A stretch of DNA of 64,000 bases from Myxococcota bacterium (GTDB taxonomy: Bacteria > Myxococcota_A > UBA9160 > JAFDDA01): NCBI GenBank assembly GCA_965228475.1, contig OZ245817.1:2464001-2528000 (forward strand), written 5' to 3'. This document shows positions 39,868-48,564 of this stretch, piece by piece. A program made the position numbers and the translations under genes. Under the pieces are notes generated by a model, which saw only the letters and a program-made list of their open reading frames with translations, made no database searches and was not told the origin of the DNA. The first letter of the stretch is position 1. Every line of letters starts with the position of its first letter.

Positions 39868-40056
39868 TCAGTTGAGACGGAGCCTGGAAGGGAACGCAAA
39901 TCCGGCCGTCCTCGACCGATTCCGCCGATCCATCCCGTTTCGCAGGGGCGTGTCGAGCGCTCGCAGGCGCGAGAGGATCTCGACGACCGCGGCGCGGTCT
40001 GCGATGGATTGTCGGTGGAGGGCGCCGAAGGTCGGCTGAGGATTCAGCTGGGTCAT
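39868..40056 (-). pseudogene. 62-aa truncated paralog of the N-terminus of the downstream fusion protein
   Basis: Good RBS (GAAGAAGGA). SIADRAAVVEILSRLRALDTPLRNG aligns by eye with AIKDSKEIQAVLARVCRERIPLSGA. Confidence 0.55.
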
Positions 40057-40173
40057 GCATCCTTCTTCCGTGAAGTCCGCGCGTAGCCAAGTGGTTGCGA
40101 AACCGCATTCTACTTACGGTAGAAGAAGGGATTCAAGCTGTAGTTGCGAGTTTGGGGTGATAACAACGCGGAC

Positions 40174-41181
40174 TCAGGGCCCGCGGCTGTCCACCTTCTC
40201 GAGCTTCACCCCGGCGTCCGAGAGGATCTCGAGGGAGCTTTCCCCCAGCGGGTAGTCGCCGTTGTAGATCACGGCCACGATGCCCGCGTTGATGATCATC
40301 TTGGTGCACTGCAGGCACGGAGACATCGTCGTGTAGATCGTGCCGCCGCGGACCGGGACCCCGTGGTACGCGGATTGGACGATGGCGTTCTCCTCGGCGT
40401 GGGAGCACAGGCAGGTATCGAGCCCCGCCCCGCTCTGCCCGAAGGCGTTGCAGCGCGGGCAGCCCCCTTCGTTGCAGTTGCGCACGCCGCGGGGGGTGCC
40501 GTTGTAGCCCGTGGCCACGAGCCGGCGATCGATCGTGATGACGGCCCCGACCTTGCGCTTCACGCAATTGCTTCGAGATGCAGCCACCTCGGCAATGTTC
40601 ATGAAGTACTCGTCCCAGTCAGGGCGCTCGAAAAAAAGCGAGCGGGAGAGGATGGTCTGGATCGCCTTGTGGAGTTCCTCCTTGCCGCCGTCGTTGCGCA
40701 GGGTGAAGTCCGCCAATGCCTGGACGGCCGCCATCTGCTGCCCGGCGGCGTTCTCGCCCCCGCGCTCCCGGCCTTCGAGCTCCTTCAGGCGCTCGAGGGT
40801 CTCCGGGTCACCCGGGCGGGCCCTGCCCTTCAGGCGCTCGAGCCGGGTCTCCATGTCTGCGTCGACCCACACGAGCTTGAAATCGCCGTGGGCCTCGCGA
40901 AGGGTCTCGACCTCCGCGGGGTGGCGAACGGAATCGACGACGTAGTTGCGGTCCGGCGCGAGCTTGTCGAGCAGGCGGACGGCCAACGCCCCCGGGCCGT
41001 AGCGCTCGCGCAGCTGGGTGCCGACCTCGATCATGCGCTCGCGCGATTCTTCGAGCCCGCGCTCGCGCAGCTCGTCGCGCAGGACGTCGGAAAGCGAGAG
41101 CGCATAGAAGCTCCGGCTTTCGAGGTACGCCATGACCTCGCCCTTGCCTGCACCGTAGGGCCCCGAAAGACCGAGAATCAT
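40174..41181 (-). CDS. P-loop NMP-kinase-like domain fused to dCMP deaminase
   Basis: GLSGPYGAGKG, DSVRHPAEV; then RPDWDEYFM, RSNC, TGYNGTP, HAEENA, PCLQC. Confidence 0.92.
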   Translation of the reverse strand: MILGLSGPYGAGKGEVMAYLESRSFYALSLSDVLRDELRERGLEESRERMIEVGTQLRERYGPGALAVRLLDKLAPDRNYVVDSVRHPAEVETLREAHGDFKLVWVDADMETRLERLKGRARPGDPETLERLKELEGRERGGENAAGQQMAAVQALADFTLRNDGGKEELHKAIQTILSRSLFFERPDWDEYFMNIAEVAASRSNCVKRKVGAVITIDRRLVATGYNGTPRGVRNCNEGGCPRCNAFGQSGAGLDTCLCSHAEENAIVQSAYHGVPVRGGTIYTTMSPCLQCTKMIINAGIVAVIYNGDYPLGESSLEILSDAGVKLEKVDSRGP

Positions 41182-41287
41182 GGTGTTCCCCCCTCCCCTC
41201 ACTTATCCCGGTGCGCTGCGGGGGTCAAGCGTTCCGGCTCCGGACCGGCCTCGGCGAGCTTGGCCGGCCCCAGGAGCGGAGACTCGC

Positions 41288-42028
41288 TCACTTCCGGCGG
41301 CTGGCGAGAAGCAGAAGGCCCGCGAAGCCCGTGGCCATGGCCAGCAGGCTGCCCGGCTCCGGTACCGGCAGGCTCACGTTCGTGAATGTGATCGTCGTGA
41401 AGATCGGGAACTGGTTGCCGAGGACTGAGACGAAGGTCGGCGAAACCAGCGTAAGCGGGCCCGAGGCGCCCGCTAACGTGACGATGTTCGTGCCCGAGTT
41501 CACCGCGCCGACTCCCGTGCTGAAGACGGCGGCGTCTATCGTGAAGGGCGAGGCCGTGGCACCCCCCTGACCGAGCTGAGCCGCGTTCAGATCGACCGGG
41601 ATCGGGACGATGACCGGAGTGAAGACGTTCACGAAGCCGTCGAGGCCCATGGCCCCACCGACACCGCCACCCGTGTTGCAGGCGATGCCCGGTGCGACGC
41701 CGCCACCGCACACTTCCCCTGGAGCATGGACCGTCACGCCACCGGCCGAGAACGTGCCAGCCTGGTTGCTGATGGTCATGGCGGCAATCGAGTTGATCGC
41801 CGTGGTGGAGGTTACGGGCACGACGACCGGAGCCGGCAGCGAAACGGTGCCAGCAGCAATCGACACGGTGCTACCGGACACCGAAACCGTTCCGACTTCC
41901 GAGAAGGAAATCGGGCTCAAGCCCTGAATCGTCAGCGTGAAGATGATGTTCGTCGCTACCGGCGCCGCCTGGACGACTCCGCTCACCAAGAGCGACCACG
42001 CGGCCACGATTCCGAAGAACCAACTCAC
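41288..42028 (-). CDS. PEP-CTERM sorting-domain surface protein
   Basis: RBS GGAGGAG then GTG, signal peptide ...VQA, Thr/Gly/Val-rich body, C-terminal VPEPGSLLAMATGFAGLLLLASRRK. Confidence 0.92.
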   Translation of the reverse strand: MSWFFGIVAAWSLLVSGVVQAAPVATNIIFTLTIQGLSPISFSEVGTVSVSGSTVSIAAGTVSLPAPVVVPVTSTTAINSIAAMTISNQAGTFSAGGVTVHAPGEVCGGGVAPGIACNTGGGVGGAMGLDGFVNVFTPVIVPIPVDLNAAQLGQGGATASPFTIDAAVFSTGVGAVNSGTNIVTLAGASGPLTLVSPTFVSVLGNQFPIFTTITFTNVSLPVPEPGSLLAMATGFAGLLLLASRRK

Positions 42029-42169
42029 GAAAGCTCCTCCCAGCCTGCGGCAACGCCGTCTCCGGACGCCGCGACGACTGACGGAGCCTTCCGCGCCGCG
42101 GCTCCCGAGGCCGCACCGGCCTCGAGTCACGACCCTAACACAGGACTCGGGCGGGCTCGGTACCGGCGC

Positions 42170-43321
42170 CTAGGCCTCGAGCATCGTCACGAAGAGCTCG
42201 CACATGGCTTCGACCTGGGCGGTCTCGACCCACTCGTCGGCGGTGTGGGCCTGATCGATCGAGCCCGGACCCATCACCACCGAGGGGATGCCTTCGGCCT
42301 CGAGGATGCCGCCGTCGGTGCCGAAGGCCACCGTGCCCGGCGCCGTTTCGAGGCCGTGGCGGCGTAGCGCCTCCTGGCAGGCCAGCAGCGCGGGGGCGTC
42401 TTCCGCGGTGCCGAGGGGCGCCTTCATGCGATCGCAGCGCTCGATGGCGACGCAGTCCGCCGCCCCCGAGGCCGCGAGCGCCTGCTCGAGTTCGGCGCGC
42501 ACCGTGGCCTCGTCTTCGCCGGGCAGGAGGCGGCGGTCGACGAGCAGCCAGGCTTCGTCGGGGACGATGTTCGGCGCCTGCCCGCCGCCGACCACGCCGA
42601 CGGAGAGCGTGGCCTCGCCGAGGCGGGGGTCGCGCTTGGCCGCGATCTCGTGGGAGAGCTCGTCGAGCGCCACGATCACGCGCGAGAGCGCGACGATCGC
42701 GTTCCTGCCGAGGGCGGGGTTCGAGCTGTGGCAGGCACGCCCGTGCGCCACGAGCTTCGAGTAGGCGATGCCCTTGTGCGCGGTGACGGGGCGCAGATCC
42801 GTCGGCTCGGTGACGACGGCGATCTCGGGTTTCCGCCCGCCGAGCCAGCGCACGACGTCCTCGGCGCCGACGCTGCCGAGTTCTTCGTCGGACTCGCCGA
42901 CGAGGATGACGTTGCGGCCGAGGCTCCCGCGCGCGAGCACCTGCTCGAGCGCCGCGACGAAGGCCGCCATCCCGCCCTTGGTGTCGCAGGTGCCCCGGCC
43001 GTACATACGGCCCGCTTCGATCTTCGGATCGAAGGGCGGGATCGTCATGCCATCGACGGGGACGGTGTCGAGGTGCGAGGCCATGAGCAGGGTTTCGGCG
43101 CCGGCGCGCGAGGCCTCCGCCGTGGCGACGACGCTCGGGCGCTCGGCATCTCCGATCAGCTCCGCATCGAGACCGATCCCACGGAGCTGCTCCCGCAGGT
43201 GCTCCGCGTAGCGGCGCTCTCCGAGGATCTCGGCGGGCTGGTCGTCGCGCCCCATCGGGTTCACCGAGGGAACGGCGACGTAGTCCCGCAGGTATTCGAG
43301 CGGCTTCGAGATCGTGCTCAC
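42170..43321 (-). CDS. M20-family metallopeptidase (ArgE/DapE-like)
   Basis: SHLDTV, GRGTCDTKG, DEE, EPT, HSS, AHTADE. Confidence 0.92.
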   Translation of the reverse strand: MSTISKPLEYLRDYVAVPSVNPMGRDDQPAEILGERRYAEHLREQLRGIGLDAELIGDAERPSVVATAEASRAGAETLLMASHLDTVPVDGMTIPPFDPKIEAGRMYGRGTCDTKGGMAAFVAALEQVLARGSLGRNVILVGESDEELGSVGAEDVVRWLGGRKPEIAVVTEPTDLRPVTAHKGIAYSKLVAHGRACHSSNPALGRNAIVALSRVIVALDELSHEIAAKRDPRLGEATLSVGVVGGGQAPNIVPDEAWLLVDRRLLPGEDEATVRAELEQALAASGAADCVAIERCDRMKAPLGTAEDAPALLACQEALRRHGLETAPGTVAFGTDGGILEAEGIPSVVMGPGSIDQAHTADEWVETAQVEAMCELFVTMLEA

Positions 43322-43472
43322 GCACGGACGTTAGCGCCGCGCCCGGCGTGCGGTGTCGGCGCCCGGCTGCACCCGACCCTTGCGGATCGCGCCCTGGCGC
43401 CGCTTCCCCTGGCACGCCACTTGCTCCTTCCGTCATCATCGGGGCCCGGCGCCAGCCCCACGGGAGGCGGTC

Positions 43473-44756
43473 ATGCACTGGCGAGTTCGTTTGGATCAGA
43501 CGCTCCAGGCTCTCGAGATGGGAGCCAAGCTCGCGGCCGAGAAGCTCGAGACGGGCATCACGTTCAACCCGATGCGCAAGGAGATGCGCTCGGACCCGCA
43601 CCCCTTCTACAAGGCGCTTCGCGAGCGCGACCCGCGGCACCGCTCGCGGCCGGCGGACGGCTGGGTGCTCTCGCGCTTCGAGGACGTCCACACGGTCCTG
43701 GCCGAGCGCCGCTTCTCGGCCGACGAGCGGAACCTCCGCCGCTGGAAGAAGATGGTCGGCCGGCGCCTCCGCGCCGGGCTCGCCGACCCCTACGAAGAAG
43801 ACCGCGCCTCGATGCTGCGCATGGACGCGCCCGACCACACGCGCCTGCGCAAGCTCGTGAACAAAGCCTTCACCCCGCGGGCCGTGGAAGCCATGCGCGG
43901 GCGGATCGAGCGGCTCGTGGACGAGCAGCTCTCCCGCTTCCGGCCCGGGGAGCCCATCGAGCTGATCGGCGATTTCGCCTCGCCCTTCCCCGTCACCATC
44001 ATCGCCGAGATGCTCGGCGTACCGCCCGAGGACCACGCGCGCTTCCGGCACTGGTCCGACGAGGCGATCCGCAACCTCGGCGACGGTGATCTCGAGGACG
44101 CCCGCCACGGCGAAACGGCCATGATCGAGCTCGGCGAGTACCTGAAGGCCGTGGCGGACGCCCGCCGCGACGACCCGCGGGACGATCTCATCACGGGCCT
44201 CGTCCAGGCAGAGGAAGAAGGCGACCGCCTGCGCAACGACGAGCTGGCGACGATGTGCGTCCTGCTCCTCGTCGCCGGGAACGAGACCACGACCAAGCTG
44301 ATCGCGAACTCGATGGTGGCCCTCATCCGGAACCCCGAGCAGCTCGCCATCCTGCGCGAAGAGCCCAAGCGCATCGCGGGCGCCGTGGACGAGCTCCTCC
44401 GCTACGACGGCCCCGTCCAGCTCACCTCGCGCATGGTTCTCGAGGACGAGGACTTCGACGGCTGCCGGTTCGAGAAGGGCCAGCAGATCGTGCTGCTGCT
44501 CGCCGCCGCCAACCGCGACCCGGAGCAGTTCGATCGCCCCGATGAGCTCGACGTGACCCGCGAGAACGTCCGCCACCTGGCCTTCAGCCACGGCGCGCAC
44601 TTCTGCCTCGGCGCGCAGCTCGCCCGGCTCGAAGCCTCCCTCGCACTCGAAGGCCTGGTCACCCGCTTCCCGGACATCGGTTTCGGCGACGCGCCGATCA
44701 CCTGGGGCAGCAACACGGTGCTCCGCGGCCCGACCTCGCTGCCCCTTCGGCTCTAG
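43473..44756 (+). CDS. Cytochrome P450
   Basis: DAPDHTRLR, AGNETT, ELLR, AANRDP, FSHGAHFCLG. RBS GGAGG then ATG 43473. Confidence 0.96.
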   Translation: MHWRVRLDQTLQALEMGAKLAAEKLETGITFNPMRKEMRSDPHPFYKALRERDPRHRSRPADGWVLSRFEDVHTVLAERRFSADERNLRRWKKMVGRRLRAGLADPYEEDRASMLRMDAPDHTRLRKLVNKAFTPRAVEAMRGRIERLVDEQLSRFRPGEPIELIGDFASPFPVTIIAEMLGVPPEDHARFRHWSDEAIRNLGDGDLEDARHGETAMIELGEYLKAVADARRDDPRDDLITGLVQAEEEGDRLRNDELATMCVLLLVAGNETTTKLIANSMVALIRNPEQLAILREEPKRIAGAVDELLRYDGPVQLTSRMVLEDEDFDGCRFEKGQQIVLLLAAANRDPEQFDRPDELDVTRENVRHLAFSHGAHFCLGAQLARLEASLALEGLVTRFPDIGFGDAPITWGSNTVLRGPTSLPLRL

Positions 44757-44919
44757 CGCGGGCGGGCCCCGGGTCACCGCCCACCCGGATTCGACGTAGG
44801 CGAAAGGCCGCGGGCACCCCGGAAAGCGCGATGGAAAGCAGCGCTTTACAGGCCCCCGTGCGGCTGCGACGATGGGGGCTCGACACCCTCGTCTCCGACT
44901 TTCCCGAGAGGATCTACCC

Positions 44920-45942
44920 GTGACCCGAGCCACCTGGAACCCCCTCGCTTCGCGCCGCGCCGGCGCGGCCGCGCTGACCCTGACCTGCCTCGCGTTCGCC
45001 TTTCCCGCCCAGGCCGACGAGCGCTGGATCGTCCCGAGCTCCTTCTACACCGAGTTCGCCGGCGGCATGGAGTGGGTGAACCTCTCGGAGACCACGGCCT
45101 ACTTCAGCCCCACGCCGGCAGCCGGCAACGACTTCAGCCACACCGACGACGAGTTCACGCGCTGGTTCGCCGAGGCCGTGATCGGCTACGCCGACCCCGA
45201 CGGCCTGAGCCTTCCGGACCCCTTCGGCCAGAACGCCCGCGTCGAGCTGCGCATGCGCTACAGCGAAGGCGACAGCGACAACCAGGACACCTCGCTGAAC
45301 AACCTCGGCATGGTGAGCCCGGACCTCACGGTCTTCACGACCTTCCCGAACCGCAACACGCTGCGGGCGCTCACCAACACGAGCCTGCAGACGTGGGACG
45401 TGGCCGCCATGTACGAGACCGACGTCGTCCTCGACCCGGTGCTCGTCTTCACGCCTTCGGCCGGAATCGTCTACTCCCGGCTCGACCTCGCGAACGATTT
45501 CAAGATCGTCTCGACCTCGCCGACGCGCCCGACCACGACGGCCGAACTCAACGACGAGATCACCGCCCACTACTACGGCGTGGCGGTCGGTGCCGAGTTC
45601 TCGCTGCGTCCCGCGGATTGGTTCCGCTTCGACATCGGCACCCGCGTGGACCTCATGGGCGCCACCGCGAATCTCGACGCCAGCCAGGACTTCAACTTCA
45701 ACACCGTGAACTTCACCGAGAGCGATAACGACACGAACTTCGCCCCGCGCGTGACGGGAACCGCCGGCATCCACCTGAGCTGGCAGTACGTGTCGCTCGG
45801 CATCGAGGGTCAGGCCCGCTACGTCGGCTACCTGCCCCTGGCCGACCACCCGACCTCCACGACGGATCGCGCCTCGAACATCGACGGCGACGACCTGTGG
45901 AGCATCGGCGCCATGGGCCGGCTCACGATCTGGTGGCCCTAG
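44920..45942 (+). CDS. Putative outer-membrane beta-barrel protein
   Basis: Signal peptide ...PAQA, alternating aromatic beta strands, ends LTIWWP. Confidence 0.65.
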   Translation: MTRATWNPLASRRAGAAALTLTCLAFAFPAQADERWIVPSSFYTEFAGGMEWVNLSETTAYFSPTPAAGNDFSHTDDEFTRWFAEAVIGYADPDGLSLPDPFGQNARVELRMRYSEGDSDNQDTSLNNLGMVSPDLTVFTTFPNRNTLRALTNTSLQTWDVAAMYETDVVLDPVLVFTPSAGIVYSRLDLANDFKIVSTSPTRPTTTAELNDEITAHYYGVAVGAEFSLRPADWFRFDIGTRVDLMGATANLDASQDFNFNTVNFTESDNDTNFAPRVTGTAGIHLSWQYVSLGIEGQARYVGYLPLADHPTSTTDRASNIDGDDLWSIGAMGRLTIWWP

Positions 45943-45960
45943 GCCCAGGGTCGACGGGCC

Positions 45961-46662
45961 TCAGTCCGAAAGCAGCGCGTCCGCGAAGGCCGTGAGGCTC
46001 GCAGCGCGAGCGCACTCCCGCTCCGCGTAGCGCCCGAACGGGTCGAGCAGGCACGGCGCGAGCCCGGCGGCGCGGGCTCCGAGCACGTCCACCGTGTAGA
46101 TGTCTCCCACGTAGATGGCGCGCTCGGCCGCCGTTCCGCTGCGCGCGACCGCCCGGTGGAAGATCTCCGGGTCGGGCTTCTCGACGCCTTCCTCGTGGGA
46201 GTCGATCACGTAGTCGAGGCCGTCCGCGAGCCCGGCGCGCTCGAGCACGGCGCGCACACGGCCGTCGGCGTTCGAGATCACGCCCGTGGCGAGCCCCGCG
46301 CCGCGCAGGCGCGCCAGCACGCCGGCGGCGTCCGCGTAGGGAACGCGCCAGAGGTTCTCCTCGAGGTGCGCCGCCCGGACCCGCGGGCCGAACTCCGCCG
46401 CCGCCCCGGCCTCCATCCCGGCCCCGACGAGCAGGTCATGGAAGTAGCCGCCGACCCGCGCCGCATCGTTGTCCTGATCGGCGGAGAGTCGGGTGAGGCG
46501 CTCGTCGACGCGGAGGCGCGCCGCCGCGTCGCCCTCGGGCAGCCGTGCGCGGTCGACCGTTCCCCCCGCGCCGCCGACGACCTCGGCCACGCGGTCGTAG
46601 TCGATGTGGACGAGGGTCCCGCCCGCGTCGAAGAGCACCGTATCGATACCGTCCGGAAACAT
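45961..46662 (-). CDS. HAD-superfamily hydrolase
   Basis: FDAGGTL, ISN, EKPDPEIF, VGD...DV. Confidence 0.92.
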   Translation of the reverse strand: MFPDGIDTVLFDAGGTLVHIDYDRVAEVVGGAGGTVDRARLPEGDAAARLRVDERLTRLSADQDNDAARVGGYFHDLLVGAGMEAGAAAEFGPRVRAAHLEENLWRVPYADAAGVLARLRGAGLATGVISNADGRVRAVLERAGLADGLDYVIDSHEEGVEKPDPEIFHRAVARSGTAAERAIYVGDIYTVDVLGARAAGLAPCLLDPFGRYAERECARAASLTAFADALLSD

Positions 46663-46703
46663 GGAGCGGTGGTAGCACGGCGGCCCGCGATCGGGCAGCT
46701 TCG

Positions 46704-47573
46704 CTAGGTGCGAAGCCGACGCGCCACCAGCCCGAGCCAGCCTTCCCCGCTCGCATCTTCGAGCACGCATTCGGTGCGGATGGCGAGCCCACTCGCGCCG
46801 AGCGCCTCCTCGAAGGCGGAGCGGTCGCTCGCGAGGAGGCCGGCGAAGACGGCATCGCCGCCCGGCTCGACGCGGGCACCGATCCCCGAGAGGATCGGAA
46901 GCACCTCGCGGCGCAGCAGGTTCGCCACGACGAGCGCGAACGGCGGCGCCGTGACCGCTTCGATGCCCCCGGTGAAGAAGCGCGTGCGCTCGCTGGCACC
47001 GTTCGCCCGCGCGTTCTCCCGGGCTGCCTCGGCGGCCAGCGGGTCGAGGTCGAAGCCCACGGCATGGCCGATGCCGAGCCGCACGCCCGCGATCGCCAGG
47101 ACGCCGGACCCGGTCCCGACGTCGAGCATGCGATCGAGCTCAGCCCGCTCCGCGATCACCTCGTCGAGCAGCGCGAGCGCGAGGCGGGTGCTCTCGTGGC
47201 CGCCGGTCCCGAAGGCCTGGCCCGGCTCGATCACCACCGCCGTCTGCCCCGGGCGCGGCTCGCGCGCGACGAAGGGCGGCCGGACGAGCAGGCGCGGCGA
47301 GATCTCGATCGCCTCGAGCCCTTCCCGCCAGCGCTCGCTCCAGTCCTCCTCCGCCACCGCCTCGTGCGGCGCCGCCGCCGCACCGGCTGCGCGCAGGGCG
47401 TCTTCCACTGCCTCGGCGCACTCGCCGGGCACGTACAGGAGATAGCGGGTGCCGCCCTCGGTCTCGGACTCTTCACAGCCGCTCGCACCGGCCGCGAACG
47501 CCTCGGCGAGCCACCGCTCGCCCGTCTCGGCGTCGGGCGCATCGAGGATCCGCTGGCGGAAGTTCTGGCTCAC
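46704..47573 (-). CDS. prmA: Ribosomal protein L11 methyltransferase
   Basis: EDWSERW, IEPGQAFGTGGHEST, LDVGTGSG, VANL. RBS AGGA then GTG 47573. Confidence 0.93.
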   Translation of the reverse strand: MSQNFRQRILDAPDAETGERWLAEAFAAGASGCEESETEGGTRYLLYVPGECAEAVEDALRAAGAAAAPHEAVAEEDWSERWREGLEAIEISPRLLVRPPFVAREPRPGQTAVVIEPGQAFGTGGHESTRLALALLDEVIAERAELDRMLDVGTGSGVLAIAGVRLGIGHAVGFDLDPLAAEAARENARANGASERTRFFTGGIEAVTAPPFALVVANLLRREVLPILSGIGARVEPGGDAVFAGLLASDRSAFEEALGASGLAIRTECVLEDASGEGWLGLVARRLRT

Positions 47574-48564
47574 GCTCGTCGTCCTGTTCGTCTCGTTCGG
47601 CTCGAGTGGCTGCTACTACCTGCACCTGGCCTCGGGCCAGTGGCGCATCCTGCGCGCCAGCCGCCCCATCGACGACGTCCTCGCGGACCCGGCGACCTCC
47701 GACGAGCTCCGGACCCGGCTCGAGCGCGTCCTCGAGGCCCGCGAATTCGCCGCTGTCCTCGGCCTCGACGTCGGCGAACAGTACACGAGCTACGTGCCCT
47801 GGCCCGAGGACCGCATCGTGACGAGCGTCGTCGCCGCGCGCCCGGGAGAGGTCGTCCCGGCCGGGTTCGACTTCCCGATCGTCGGGCACGTCCCCTACAA
47901 GGGCTTCTTCGAGCGGGATCGCGCCGAGGCCGAGGCCGAGCGTCTGCGCGGCGAGGGGCTCGACGTCTGCGCCCTCGCCGTTCCGGCCTATTCGACCCTC
48001 GGCTGGTTCCCCGACCCCATCACCGACCCGATGATCCGCCACGGCGAGACCTACCTCGTCGAGACCGTGATCCACGAGCTCGTGCACGCGACCGTCTTCT
48101 TCGCCGACCACGCCGACTTCAACGAGGGCATCGCGAACTTCATCGGGCAGGAGGGCGCCGTGCGCTTCTATGCCGAGCGCGGCCGCGCCGCGGAAGTGCG
48201 CGCCGCCGTCGCGGACGATCGCCGGGTCGCACAGGAAATGCTCGCCTTCCGCGAGGCGGTGGCGGGCCTCTATGCGGAGATGCCCGCGGGCGAAGCGCGC
48301 GACGCGGCACGGGCCCGGCTCGAAGCCGAGGCGCGGGAGAAGCTCGCGGGCCTCCCGCTCGGCTCGATCGATGCGGCGCGACTCTCCGAGCGGGCGCGCC
48401 TGAACGACGCGTGCCTCTCGATCGCGGCCACCTACGCCGGCGACCTGCCCCGCTACGCCGAGCGGCTCGAGGCCCTCGGCGGAGACCTGCCGGGCCTGAT
48501 CGCACGGGCCATCGCGGCGCGCGACGCCGAGGACCCCCGGGCCGCCGTCCTGTCCCTCGACTAG
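47449..48564 (+). CDS. Putative zinc aminopeptidase lipoprotein
   Basis: Signal/lipobox SSGC, YYLHLASGQW, FPIVGHVPYKGFF, AYSTLGWFPDP, HELVH, FNE. Start uncertain (overlaps prmA). Confidence 0.85.
   Translation: MPPSVSDSSQPLAPAANASASHRSPVSASGASRIRWRKFWLTLVVLFVSFGSSGCYYLHLASGQWRILRASRPIDDVLADPATSDELRTRLERVLEAREFAAVLGLDVGEQYTSYVPWPEDRIVTSVVAARPGEVVPAGFDFPIVGHVPYKGFFERDRAEAEAERLRGEGLDVCALAVPAYSTLGWFPDPITDPMIRHGETYLVETVIHELVHATVFFADHADFNEGIANFIGQEGAVRFYAERGRAAEVRAAVADDRRVAQEMLAFREAVAGLYAEMPAGEARDAARARLEAEAREKLAGLPLGSIDAARLSERARLNDACLSIAATYAGDLPRYAERLEALGGDLPGLIARAIAARDAEDPRAAVLSLD

Larger units (their letters stand above)
30180..40150. mobile_element. Compositionally atypical (lower GC) signalling island, no integrase or att repeats seen
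   Basis: Frequent A/T third positions and AT-rich words (tcta, ttaa, aaag) against the very GC-rich flanks; boundaries approximate. Confidence 0.65.

Noticed and set aside
39857..40108. ORF-track 916-aa start for the fusion enzyme
   Set aside because: First about 83 aa look non-coding and overlap the better-supported 62-aa ORF with RBS; GTG 39856 preferred
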